From: Asterias rubens | Taxonomy: Eukaryota | Direction: 5' to 3' | NCBI RefSeq assembly: GCF_902459465.1 | Contig: NC_047075.1 | Coordinates: forward strand, 9,486,001 to 9,550,000 | Length of the DNA stretch: 64,000 nucleotides | In this document: piece after piece, positions 1 to 10,737 of the stretch | How positions within the stretch are numbered: position 1 is the stretch's first letter | How the letters are laid out: the number at the start of each line of letters is the position of its first letter | Program-made: the position numbers and the translations under genes | The notes under the pieces: generated by a model | Databases searched by the model: none | What the model was told of the DNA's origin: nothing | Seen by the model: only the letters and a program-made list of their open reading frames with translations

Positions 1-1020
1 AACACCCTTTGAAGTCCAAAAACAAGGCAAGGAAAGCTATAAACTTACAGGCAATGCTTCTCGTAGGCGTTATCTGAGAAGGCAGTAGATTGGGATGGAT
101 TAAACTAGTCACAAAGTGTGAAAATGTCGGAACAAACTTTTGACGGAAAATTGATAAAACGTGATTCGTTGAATGAAAGAACTTGTTGCCAATAGAGGGC
201 GCAATTTAAAAAACGGATAGATGGATCCAGAATAAGTGTCTTTAAAGGATTTGGGTACTTTTTTGTAACACACAACCCAATTTCCACAGATGCATCAATT
301 GAAGATAATGATAGTAGAAAGCGTAGCTTAAAATATTAGTTGCAGAGGTGCTGTAGTTTTTGAGAAATGAGTAAAACAATGTTACTGAGATGAAAGTTAT
401 TTTCATAACATTGTTTGAAACACTTATCAAAAACTACAGCACTTCAGCAATGAATATTTCCACTGAAGCTTTCTACTATCATTATCTTCAAACTGTGTAA
501 GTTTAGTGTAAATCTGTGGACAAACTTATGTCTAATGCCTTTGTATGGATCGTCCGTTCTTTTTAAATATTCTCTCCATCAAATTTTAAGGAACTTGCCA
601 CAAATCTTCGTTTCACAATGTTGAACATCATGATTTTCCAGAAGAAAAAAAAAACCTAAAAGTTTCCCCAAGTTTGAATAGCTGCTTCCAATTTTGGATG
701 GCAATCGTATAAAGTGAGGTTATCCATGATTCTAGTTTCTATCTGGCGAAACAAAGTATTAAATGTGAACACAATTGATACAATGTATGTATTAGTATCC
801 GTCTGATCAATATGAACCCACTGTCCAACAAAATAATGTTGGTTTAGATTAAGTGAATGAGTTACTTACATGATCCCCTTCTACTCTTGATGATTATACG
901 AATACGAATCAGTCTTATTAAAAGTGGTCTTTCGAATGGGATGGACTGAATTGTGAACCGGTTGTCGAAATAGTTGCCGAAAATGGACACCATTTTGTTT
1001 ATATTAATGAATAGGTCCTT

Positions 1021-1536
1021 TTATATAACACCCAAGCAGATCCTTGCCATTTGATTGGAGGATTGTCCGTCACGTGATAGCAAATAAAAGTACCATTGCA
1101 CGCTGAGTCACTCACCGTGCTTTTTCGTTCCATCCGAAAAGTACCATTGCACGCTGGCACGCTGGCAGCGTGCAATGGTACTTTTCGGATGGAACGAAAA
1201 AGCTGAGTAAAAACATCACTGCGTGCGCGTGTCTTTGGTAACGCAGCAGGTGTTCTGCAAGAAGGCATAGTAAAATTACTAGCATTCGGCTTCTACAGTT
1301 GAAATTGTTTGTTTTGAAAGTTGTATCTTTCAATCAAAATTACAAGGTTCTACTTGGATGTTATATAAAACAAATAATGAATGTTTTTCATTCGTGCAAT
1401 GATGCGAATATGTTCATTCGTTGAAAGCTGGAATGTTCCATTCAACTCGGCTCCGCCTCGTTGAAAAGAACATTCCATCTTTCAACTCATGAACATATTC
1501 GCACCATTGCACTCATCAACATTCATTATGTGTATA
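1021..1536. mobile_element. Non-autonomous element with two adjacent inverted-repeat cassettes (Crypton-like)
   Basis: Absent from the paralogous site at 58257; IR ttatataacacccaag / cttggatgttatataa, linker TTATATAAAACAAATA (1361-1376), second long hairpin to 1536, perfect 38-bp internal hairpin (1119-1156 / 1166-1203). The family label is inference. Confidence 0.7.
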
Positions 1537-2108
1537 ACAACAAAATATTATATAGTTTGCCCGATAACAACATTTTAGTAGTGGCAGACAAAGTGAAGGA
1601 AATGGGCAAACAACTGTGTGGAATTATTTCATAATTCACATAACCTCCTTTAGGTTCACGGTTTACGTCAAATTAATGAAAACTTTCTTATGAAAATGGA
1701 AATTTCACAATAATTATCATTCAGTCCTGATGTGCACTTCGATGCAGCAACGTGTGTCTATAAGTTTAACACACGGCAGCAGTAGCCATCCTTGCTAGAT
1801 ACGCCGAGTGGTGAGGCTTTCATCCCCCGCTAGCTGAGCGATGCAACTCTGGTAAAGCCAGCGGTGAATTGTAGCGCTTGTACCGCGGGCTGTGCTCCTC
1901 CTCGCTGGTAGCGGCACGTTGTTCAGTAATGTCACCACTAACCCTATTCAAGAGAAAACCTGGTGTCTTTCGGCATACAAGTGTGATTGAGTCAAACTAA
2001 TGGAGCTTACCAATTCAGATGCAAGCTCAACAGAGAAATAACTCCGTTGTTGTCATATTTTTCTTGACTATCTTCATCAGAAACCAAGCCCCCTTTCGCT
2101 GTATCAGC

Positions 2109-2422
2109 TGTAACGCTTCCCTAGTGTTACCTTTGTTCGATGGTGAAAGCTGGAATTATCAGGAGGACGGAGACAGAAGATACAGAACTAAAGATGATTT
2201 ATTTTGGGTTACTTCACCCCTTCAACATAAGTATATCAGGTTGCCATCTTGGCAAGTATCCCAGCAGCCCTCAGTCAAGGTCTGTCACATGTCCAAACTC
2301 TGTCACATGTCCAAGCTCTGTGTTTACGGTCACGTAGTTCATGTCAGGGTCAACAGGTCACTGTACCATGTATGTGTAGTCGATGTCAAGTCATGGTGTA
2401 TTTGGTATGTAATCCCGTTACA
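2109..2422 (-). repeat. 3' LTR (314 bp)
   Basis: Adjacent to the PPT; matches 7727-8041 except cagggtc vs cagaggtc. Confidence 0.95.
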
Positions 2423-2434
2423 CTCCCCTCCACT
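2423..2434 (-). promoter_or_regulatory. Polypurine tract
   Basis: Minus strand AGTGGAGGGGAG abuts the 3' LTR. Confidence 0.85.
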
Positions 2435-2855
2435 AGAAAAGGCATACATGTGGAGAATCTGTTTAAATCACATCAATATCAAATAGGCTTAACTCTCAAA
2501 CTTAAAGTTCTACTAAAAGTTTTCTCTTTTGTAGAGATCAATGTTGAAACAAAAATGTTACTCTCAATGTCCTCTCCAGTGAGTAGCAAAGTTCTATCCA
2601 TAGAAATCATACCACCACCAAAAAAACCCAAAAAACAAACAAGGCATATTTTTGCCGAGTGACAGTTCACAAACTGCTATCTTTTTTGTTTTAACAGGTT
2701 TCAGTTATGCTGCATTTTTCGTGTCTTCTCAAGGTTTTTTTTTGTTTTTTCTTTTTTTTCTCAAAAAAACTTGTTATTTGTATCCGGTCCGGCTGGGACA
2801 ACAACGGGTTAAAAAAAAACATTTTCTGATTTAGACAGTCTCTATCAGTTCTCAG

Positions 2856-5800
2856 TTAGGGTTCACATGACTTTGTCTGATCGATGTGTGCAATCACTTC
2901 CTTCTTGGCATTAGAGATCGCGGTTAGTTTATAGTTAACAGGAGTCAGGCGTTCAGTGACGGTGAATGGTCCACACCATCTTGGTGCAAGTTTCGCAGCA
3001 AAATGTTTCTTGGCATTTGACAGGGGGTGCGTTTTCAGCATCACTGTTTCTCCAATGTTCAATTCGGCGATGCGGCGTCCTTTGTCATAGAACTTTTTTC
3101 TTTTCTTCCTTGAGCGATCATTTTGTTCAGCTACTGTCTGGCTGAGTAGTCCAGGGTCCTCGGGGGGAGCACTGTCAATGTTGAGTTTGTTTGACAGTGG
3201 TGTGCGAAGTTTCCTTCCAGTCATCAAAATGCTTGGTGCTATGCCTGTTGTAGCATGTGCAACTGAGTTCATGGCAAATGCAAATTCTGCAACGTGGATA
3301 TCCCAAGTTCGGTGATCATCACCAACATAGGATTGCATCATAGCTTTGAGGTTACGGTTCACTCGTTCCACCCAATTTGTCTGAGGGTGATAAGGTGATA
3401 TGAAGACCTGTTCCACTCCCCACTCTACACAGACTGCTTCCATGGCCTTGCAGGTAAATTGAGAGCCGTTGTCTGACAGCAGTTTCCGTGGGGCACCGAA
3501 TCTACTGAACAATTGTCGAACGATCAGACAGGCGACTGCTATTCCAGTGGCTTTGCGGAGTGGAAACACTTCAACCCATTTAGTATAATGGTCAACTGCG
3601 ACAAGTAGATATTCATGTCCACCGTAACTCTTTGGAAGAGGTCCCATCAAATCCACACCAACAATCTCCCATGGGGTCTCAGAAGTGGTAGAAAGCATAA
3701 GCCCTGGTGGCTTACGAAATACTGGCTTGGTCTGCCTGCAAATTTTACATGCTCTCACAAAGCTTCGCACATCGATGGTTATTCCCTTCCACCATAGATG
3801 TAGATCATGAAGTCGGTGCAGGGTTTTGGTACGGCCAAGGTGACCAGCAGTAGGTTTTGAGTGACACGCCTGTAGAACAGTTTGTTTGAGAGATTGGGGT
3901 ATAACCAGCTTCCATTTCAATTTGTTGTAGTGATACAACACATCATCTTTGAGGCGGTACACAGGGGAATTCTGCACATTTTTTCTCAGTGCAGCCAGGG
4001 ATGGGTCTGCCACCTGTTGCATTTGTAGTTGTGCAAAATTTAGCATTGGGGTTGTTGCCTCATCTTGATTTTTGGCTCCTGTAGTTTGCCACTCAATTTC
4101 TCGTCTGGTTTTCCAACGCTTCTTTTTGCATGAGGGGCAGGAGTAAGAAGACATTTGCTGGGCGTGCTTCTTTTTGATATGTACACACAGTAGGTGATAC
4201 CATTGGTCACAACCATCACACTGGATCCAATTGACAGGATCAGTCTGAGGAAGTTCACAGCGTAGTGCGGCACAGCTTTCGTTGATGGTGTGGTCATTGG
4301 TAGCTGTGGTAGTTGAATTTACGTCATCGGTAGTTGTCTCATCTGGAGATGGTAGGCTTCGGACCACTCCTACGATTGCTTTTTCGTGGACTCGTGAGAG
4401 AGCATCTGGGACCAGGTGTTGGGCGCCGGGTCGGTAGGTAACATCGAAACAGAAATCCTGTAATCTTAACACCCATCGAGCAAACTTGCCTGTTAGATTT
4501 GCTTTTTTGAAAAGCCAGGTGAGGGCTTGGTGGTCTGTAACAACTTGGCACCGTTTTCCTTCAAGATACACTCTCCATTTCTCAAGGGCCCAAATCACAG
4601 CCAAACACTCTCGCTCGGTGGTGCTATAGTTCCTCTCACAAGTGTCAAGGGAACGGCTGGCGTAAGCTATTGTATGAAGCTCTCCATTTGTCTCCTGCAG
4701 AAGAACTGCCCCCAAACCGGTATTGCTAGCATCAGTGTGGACAACAAATGCTCTGCTTGGGTCTGGGTACGTCAGTACTGGTTCTGAAGTGAGAATTGAT
4801 TTCATCTCGATGAAAGATGAGTGACACTTGCTGGTCCATTCCCACTTCGCTGTTTTGTGTCGTAGTTGGTTCAGTGGGGCTGCGATGCTGGCCAGGTTTG
4901 GTATGAACTTTGAATACCAGGTTACCATGCCTAAGAACCTCTCAAGTTGCTTCAGATTCGTGGGGGTGGGGTAGTCAAAGATTCCTTGAACCTTCTCTGG
5001 GTCAGTTCGAATGCCATCAGTTCCAACTATATGACCAAGGTATTTCATGCTGCTGCAGCCGAAGTTACACTTTCCTTTATTAACTGTTAAGCCAGACTGC
5101 TGAAATCTCTGGAAAATTTGACGGAGACCAGCGTTGTGTTGTTCAGGTGTAGAGGAATAACACACAATGTCGTCAAGATAAACATAGCAGATCTTCCCAA
5201 TCAGGCCATGGAGAACAATTTCCATTAATCTTTGGAAACTTGCAGGTCCATTGACAACCCCAAAGGGCAGCACTGTAAACTGGAAAAGTCCTTCCTCGCA
5301 AATAAATGCCGTTTTCTCCTGGTCATCTGAGTGCATTTTCATTTGGTGATAACCACTCTTTAGATCAAGAGAACTGAAGACCTTTGCTCCATGTAGTGAC
5401 TCTATGATGGAGTCGATAGTTGGCATCGGGTAAGCATCAAGCTTTGTGACTTTATTTAGCTTTCTGTAATCGATGCATAGTCGGTAGTCGCTTTTCTCCT
5501 TCTTCGGGACCATTACCACAGGGGATGCCCATGGCGAAGAAGAGTGCTCAACTCTGCCATCAGCTAGCATTTCATCTAACTGTTTCCGTAGTGATTGACG
5601 GCGATCGTCGGAAAGACGGTAAACTGGACCACGGAGGGGTTGTGAATCTCCGGTGTTGATGCGGTGTTTTACAATATCTGTTCGCCCTGGCTTTTCAGTT
5701 ATCACATCAGGGAATTCGTGAAGCAGATTCTGTAGAAGAAGACTGTCAGAAGCAGTGGGGGCTTGGTCAACGTCACATGCAGTAGGGCCATCTTCCTCCT

Positions 5801-7445
5801 TCTGAGGGGGCTTATTGACTGGTAAGCCCATCATTGGCCACTTAATGCGGTGGTCACCAATGCCATCTTCCAACCAAAATGAGTTCATGTGAAAGTCCAT
5901 CACAAGGTTGATTTGCTTAGCAAAATCTCGCCCAAGTAATAGTGGAGTTGGCATACTGTTCATCAGCTGTAGGTGTATTTGTGTTTCTACACCAGCGACT
6001 TCAATTTTGGTCTGAATTTTCCCCACAGGTGAACATTTGGTTCCATCAACCATGTAGAGCACTGAGCTCGAAGACTCGGGTGTTGTTGCTAGTGATAAGG
6101 ATTGGCATAGTTCTTCTGTGATGAGAGAAACACAGGAACCGGTGTCTATCAGACCTATAACCTCACGGTCACCAATTGTCACAGTGATGTAAGGGCCATT
6201 GGTCCTGTGCTCTATGTCGGGGGCATCATCCAGGGAGTCATTCATCAAGAAATTTACTTGTGGCTTTGGTGGCTTTGTTGGCTCGGCAGCTTTGGTTGAG
6301 CCTTCACTAAACTTTGTTGTGAATGGTTTGGAGTCCACCTTTGGTTGATATTGTTTTGATTGTGCAGGTGGATAGGGGCACTCAGCAATTCGATGACCCA
6401 TTTCATGACATCTGTAGCAGACCGAGTCAAACTTTCCAATTGTTTTGGTCGGTGGGTGACCTTTTGCCAAGGATGATTTACCTTGATTGTTTGCTGATTT
6501 GAATTGGTCCTGACGTTCTTGTCTGTGATCTGATTGGTTGGGTCGAGGCCCGAAGGAGTGGGAGTTTTGGTGATTGAACTGTTGTGGCTTAAATGAAGTA
6601 GTGTTTTGATTGGATGACATCTTTCTGTTAAGGATGTGTTCATCAGCAGCTTTGGCTGTCGCCTGTGTTGTGGGTAATTTCTTCTCTCTCAGTTTAAGAC
6701 GGAGTCGTTCATCAGCCATGGAGTTGAGGAGTTGATCTGTCATGATAAGCTCTATTATTCTCTTAACATCATCTGATTTCAAGGATTCATCAGAAGGCTT
6801 GGCCCATCTTTTGAAGTAGAGCTCCAATCTTGTTGCAAACTCTTCAAAGGTTTCATCTGGATTTTTTGAAGCACTTTTGAACTTCAAGCGGTATGCTTCG
6901 GGTGTCAACTGGTAATGACGGAGAATAATGGCAACGATTTTGGTGTAATCTTGTTTATCTCCTTCGGTCAGTGCGTGGAAAGCTTTCTGTGCCTTACCGG
7001 TGAGGTAAGGTTCGAGTAGACGAGGCCACTCTTCTATCGGTCTCTTCTCTGCTGTGGCCATTCTTTCAAAAGTCGTCAAGTAACAGGTGATGTCATCGTC
7101 ACTCGACAGCTTATGAAAATCGGGCAATTCTGGGCCAAATCTAATCTTAGTGGGAGTTGTAGCCTTGGTAGCTTCAGTTACGGCCTTCAGGAGGGTTTGA
7201 CAGAGGACCTCAGTCTCCTGTTTACGATTTTCCTCCATCTTCAACAACAGTTGCGATACATCTATTTGTCCTGGCTGCTTTTGGGGCTGGTCAGGTTGGG
7301 GTTCCTTCATGTGGGGAAGGTCACAAAGGCATTGGATCCTTTCTTGCTTTGTCTTAATCTCATTTACATCTAAGTGGTTGAGCTGACATAGTTGGGCTAT
7401 GTATTCACCTGTGAAGCGACGTAGATATATCGCCCTCTCAGCCAT
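2856..7445 (-). CDS. Gag-Pol polyprotein (SCAN-like gag, CCHC knuckle, aspartic protease, RT, RNase H, PHD finger, integrase), 1529 aa from the first ATG
   Basis: Motifs CYRCHEMGHRIAEC (about 6378-6419), LIDTGS (about 6135-6152), YLDD (5169-5180), TDASNTGLGAVL, a C4HC3 finger (4128-4274), integrase HHCC (HSKPTAGH...CKIC) and D-D-E core (VDLMG, LLSDNG, VERVN); no internal stops. Confidence 0.95.
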   Translation of the reverse strand: MAERAIYLRRFTGEYIAQLCQLNHLDVNEIKTKQERIQCLCDLPHMKEPQPDQPQKQPGQIDVSQLLLKMEENRKQETEVLCQTLLKAVTEATKATTPTKIRFGPELPDFHKLSSDDDITCYLTTFERMATAEKRPIEEWPRLLEPYLTGKAQKAFHALTEGDKQDYTKIVAIILRHYQLTPEAYRLKFKSASKNPDETFEEFATRLELYFKRWAKPSDESLKSDDVKRIIELIMTDQLLNSMADERLRLKLREKKLPTTQATAKAADEHILNRKMSSNQNTTSFKPQQFNHQNSHSFGPRPNQSDHRQERQDQFKSANNQGKSSLAKGHPPTKTIGKFDSVCYRCHEMGHRIAECPYPPAQSKQYQPKVDSKPFTTKFSEGSTKAAEPTKPPKPQVNFLMNDSLDDAPDIEHRTNGPYITVTIGDREVIGLIDTGSCVSLITEELCQSLSLATTPESSSSVLYMVDGTKCSPVGKIQTKIEVAGVETQIHLQLMNSMPTPLLLGRDFAKQINLVMDFHMNSFWLEDGIGDHRIKWPMMGLPVNKPPQKEEDGPTACDVDQAPTASDSLLLQNLLHEFPDVITEKPGRTDIVKHRINTGDSQPLRGPVYRLSDDRRQSLRKQLDEMLADGRVEHSSSPWASPVVMVPKKEKSDYRLCIDYRKLNKVTKLDAYPMPTIDSIIESLHGAKVFSSLDLKSGYHQMKMHSDDQEKTAFICEEGLFQFTVLPFGVVNGPASFQRLMEIVLHGLIGKICYVYLDDIVCYSSTPEQHNAGLRQIFQRFQQSGLTVNKGKCNFGCSSMKYLGHIVGTDGIRTDPEKVQGIFDYPTPTNLKQLERFLGMVTWYSKFIPNLASIAAPLNQLRHKTAKWEWTSKCHSSFIEMKSILTSEPVLTYPDPSRAFVVHTDASNTGLGAVLLQETNGELHTIAYASRSLDTCERNYSTTERECLAVIWALEKWRVYLEGKRCQVVTDHQALTWLFKKANLTGKFARWVLRLQDFCFDVTYRPGAQHLVPDALSRVHEKAIVGVVRSLPSPDETTTDDVNSTTTATNDHTINESCAALRCELPQTDPVNWIQCDGCDQWYHLLCVHIKKKHAQQMSSYSCPSCKKKRWKTRREIEWQTTGAKNQDEATTPMLNFAQLQMQQVADPSLAALRKNVQNSPVYRLKDDVLYHYNKLKWKLVIPQSLKQTVLQACHSKPTAGHLGRTKTLHRLHDLHLWWKGITIDVRSFVRACKICRQTKPVFRKPPGLMLSTTSETPWEIVGVDLMGPLPKSYGGHEYLLVAVDHYTKWVEVFPLRKATGIAVACLIVRQLFSRFGAPRKLLSDNGSQFTCKAMEAVCVEWGVEQVFISPYHPQTNWVERVNRNLKAMMQSYVGDDHRTWDIHVAEFAFAMNSVAHATTGIAPSILMTGRKLRTPLSNKLNIDSAPPEDPGLLSQTVAEQNDRSRKKRKKFYDKGRRIAELNIGETVMLKTHPLSNAKKHFAAKLAPRWCGPFTVTERLTPVNYKLTAISNAKKEVIAHIDQTKSCEP

Positions 7446-7707
7446 TGTTGACTTCAAAATTCAGCAAAACGTTTTTTTCATGCAATAGGTGCAGTTCATA
7501 CATCCATCTGTGGTTTGGTCACTAATTAACAGGATTCTCTTTAGGATATTGATAATTAAATCAACTATGAAGGTATCATAATGTTCATGATATTTTTTTT
7601 AGACTTTAAGTTTCAGTACTCACTCAGCTGCATGATCGGTTTCATGGTTTCACAGCATCATCTTATTCATCGTCAAAATCCACCAAAATCATCCAGTCTA
7701 AACAGCC

Positions 7708-7725
7708 ATCCTGCCGACTACGCCA
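7708..7725 (-). promoter_or_regulatory. Primer binding site complementary to tRNA-Ser 3' end
   Basis: Plus strand ATCCTGCCGACTACGCCA equals the 3' 18 nt of metazoan tRNA-Ser(AGA) including CCA; 1 nt from the 5' LTR. Confidence 0.9.
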
Positions 7726-7726
7726 T

Positions 7727-8041
7727 TGTAACGCTTCCCTAGTGTTACCTTTGTTCGATGGTGAAAGCTGGAATTATCAGGAGGACGGAGACAGAAGATA
7801 CAGAACTAAAGATGATTTATTTTGGGTTACTTCACCCCTTCAACATAAGTATATCAGGTTGCCATCTTGGCAAGTATCCCAGCAGCCCTCAGTCAAGGTC
7901 TGTCACATGTCCAAACTCTGTCACATGTCCAAGCTCTGTGTTTACGGTCACGTAGTTCATGTCAGAGGTCAACAGGTCACTGTACCATGTATGTGTAGTC
8001 GATGTCAAGTCATGGTGTATTTGGTATGTAATCCCGTTACA
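7727..8041 (-). repeat. 5' LTR (315 bp)
   Basis: Adjacent to the PBS; contains an 18-bp tandem duplication tctgtcacatgtccaa(a/g)c. Confidence 0.95.
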
Positions 8042-9634
8042 AGCTAAACATCAATGTCACCATGGACAAGTTATTTTTTCGTTGTCTTCAGCATGGTGAC
8101 TTAATTGAGAAATTCCCACAAACGGGATCCATTTAAAGTGCTGGTTTATTAGTGTCACATAACTGACGTTGATAAAGAATCGTTGATAGCTTACCACCAG
8201 GTTTCTTGAAGGCTGAAGAGGAGGTTGTTTTAGCAGACGACCCAGTGCAGAGCCATGAGAGTGTCCATTATCCCGCACACGTGTAAAACCACAACACAAG
8301 TTAAACACACGCTTCGTGCTGAAAAGAGCAATGGTCGCATTTGGCTACAACAACGCGCAAACGTGATTTGCATAATATAACAAAGAGATTTGTATTACAG
8401 TTTGACAAGTCTTCGTTGAAAGAATGCATAGTCTAGACTTTGCTTTTTTTATAGAAACTTCTGCAGGGGCATAACAGCTATATTTATTCACTTTTTAAAT
8501 TGTTTATGCTTTTTTTCTTCTCATAAAGTTGGAGTTGCTGATTCGAAGATTCCGCTTGTAAACTTATTTTAATAAACTTTGTATTCATCTATGCAATCAT
8601 TTAAAGACACTGGACATTATTGGTAGGCCCCCTGATTGTCAAAGACCAAGCTTCTAACTTAGTGTATCTCAACATAATGCACAAAATAACAAATGATACT
8701 TGAGCTTGGTCGCGAGATATGAAAGAAAAAACACGCTTGTCACACGAAGTTGTGTGCTTTTAGATGCTTGATTTCGAAACCTCCCAAAATCTAATTCTTA
8801 GGTCTCGAAACTGTCAAATTCGTGGGAAATTACTTCTTTCTTGAAAACTATGTTACTTCAGAGGGGCCGTTTCTCACTGAAACAATAAAATACTTCAACC
8901 AGATGTCTTGTATTCCTATCTGAAAGCACGCAAATTAGTCCAACAAGGGTGTTTTTTCTCTCTCTCGCAACTTTGATGACCAATAGCTCAAATAATGTTC
9001 ACAGGCTTGTTATTTTATGCTTTGATGTTGGGATACACCAAGTGAGAAAACTGGTGTTTGACAAAAACCAATCGTGTACCTTCCTTTTTAACCCAAGAAG
9101 GGTCTGTGAATTTTAAAACAATTCAAGACAGTTGCTTGCCCATTTCCTTCACTTTCAACCAAATCTTTAGGTGAAAATATATGGAGTTATTGTATGTCGT
9201 AATAAGCTTGTCGTATTGTTTTAACCGTCTGCCACTTCCAATACTAAAACAAAAAACGGGCAAACTATGTTTTGTTGTAAGGGCCTAGGCCCATTCATTA
9301 ATATAAACAAAATGGCGGCAAGTTTCGGCAACTATTTTGCAACCGGTTCATTCAGTCCAGCCCATCCGAAAGACCAGTTTATATCTGAAAGACAGACTCA
9401 TACAATCATCTAGAGAAGGGAATCATGTTTATAACAAATTAATTTATGAATCTACAGGTAGTTGGGTGGTAAAGGTCCAACTCCATAAAACACTGACTTT
9501 TCCATACCATAGCTTCCTGTATAAAGTATTCCACTTTCAAATATTTGAAGCACTGTATATCCATGCCATTGTGTCATGTGTAAAGTATGGACCAAAGGTT
9601 CAGTAAGTATAAAATGCGCAATATCCTGGGGGGA

Positions 9635-9706
9635 CCCACCATGGTGTAGTGGTAGGGTGTCGGACTCCGAAGCCAATAGTCCCTGGTTCGTGCCACGGTG
9701 GTGGCA
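9635..9706 (+). mobile_element. tRNA-related SINE head or tRNA pseudogene
   Basis: A-box-like TGGTGTAGTGG, B-box-like GGTTCGTGCC, CCACCA/TGGTGG stem; T and anticodon arms are imperfect. Duplicate at 60442-60513. Confidence 0.5.
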
Positions 9707-10589
9707 GTGCGGTGAGTGGCCGGCCGCTAAGTCTCGACTCACCGCGCAGTGGCACTCAAATGTCCGTTTAATTTAATTTTATTTTGTGTTGTTCGTTCAT
9801 TTAAAGTTGTTCATTATACCATGGAGGAATACTTGGGCTTAAAAATAAACTTGAACGCAATTTAAGTATTAGGAGCAGCTTACACCCAAAATAAATGGGT
9901 TCGAGTTGCGTTTTTTTTTTTACTACGTTTATGAAATTGAAAGAAAAGACACCCCTGTCAAACGAAGTTGTGTGCGTTTGGATGGTTGATTTCGAGACCT
10001 CAAATTCTAAACTTGAGGTCTCGAAATCAAATTTGTGGAAAATTACTTCTTGCTCGAAAACTGCGTCACTTCAGAGGGAGTCGTTTCTCACAATGTTTTA
10101 TACTACCAACCTCTCCCCAATATTCGTTACCAAGTAAGGTTTTATGCCGATAATTATTTTCAGTAATTACCAATAGTGTCCACTGCCTTTAAAAACATAA
10201 TTATTTAAATATGCAGAAAAAAAAATAAAAACAAAAAATACATTGTGAATACATTCTCCTGTGCTTTTCAGAAACATTCGCGAAAAGCCCATGTCATCAT
10301 CGCACATGTGACGTAATTGGGTGGGAGCTCCTTTTTGTTTTCGCCGCTTTGAGCAATTTTTGAGTGCGAACGTTGACTACTGACCAGTAACGTACATGCC
10401 CAGTGATCTACTCACTCGAACGACTCATTTGAAAGTCTAGTCAACCATCGGGAACACTCCGTCATACACCTTTCCGCAATAATTACTCGAACGCCAGCGT
10501 AAAGCTAAGATTTAGGTGCACTGTGGTCTAGCTGGTGATCAAAACAGGAGCGTCAAACATCATGGCAGTAAATACATGGCAAAATACTG

Positions 10590-10737
10590 GGTGCGTTCGT
10601 TTAGCTTCCCTGGGTCGACCCCGGTGTGTGACGAGGTTTTTTTCTGGGACGAACGTGTGCAGATAATTACCCACGTTCGTCCTGGAAAAAACCCGCCACA
10701 CACCGGGGTCGACCCAGGGAAGCTGAACGAACGCACC
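10590..10737. mobile_element. Hairpin MITE (148 bp near-perfect foldback)
   Basis: Arms ggtgcgttcgtttagcttccctgggtcgaccccggtgtgtg... and its reverse complement; duplicate at 61382-61529. Confidence 0.8.

Larger units (their letters stand above)
2109..8041 (-). mobile_element. Full-length Ty3/Gypsy LTR retrotransposon
   Basis: Two LTRs (2109-2422 and 7727-8041) with TGTAA...TTACA termini, identical except a 1-bp indel; PBS, PPT and a single intact gag-pol ORF; flanks AGC|...|AGCT match the empty site tatcAGCTaaac at 58850. Confidence 0.97.

Noticed and set aside
1750-2108. GC-richer minus-strand frames (MVSDDITEQRAATSEEEHSPRYKRY...) continuing at 8060-8300
   Set aside because: Stops occur in all frames in both paralogs and no domain is recognisable; an exon cannot be excluded but is not supported.
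2019-2662. Plus-strand ORFs also seen at 7742-8047
   Set aside because: They are chance frames within the LTRs; useful only as evidence of the repeat.
9635-9706. Functional tRNA gene
   Set aside because: T-arm and anticodon stem do not pair properly and the B-box is degenerate; treated as a SINE head or pseudogene.
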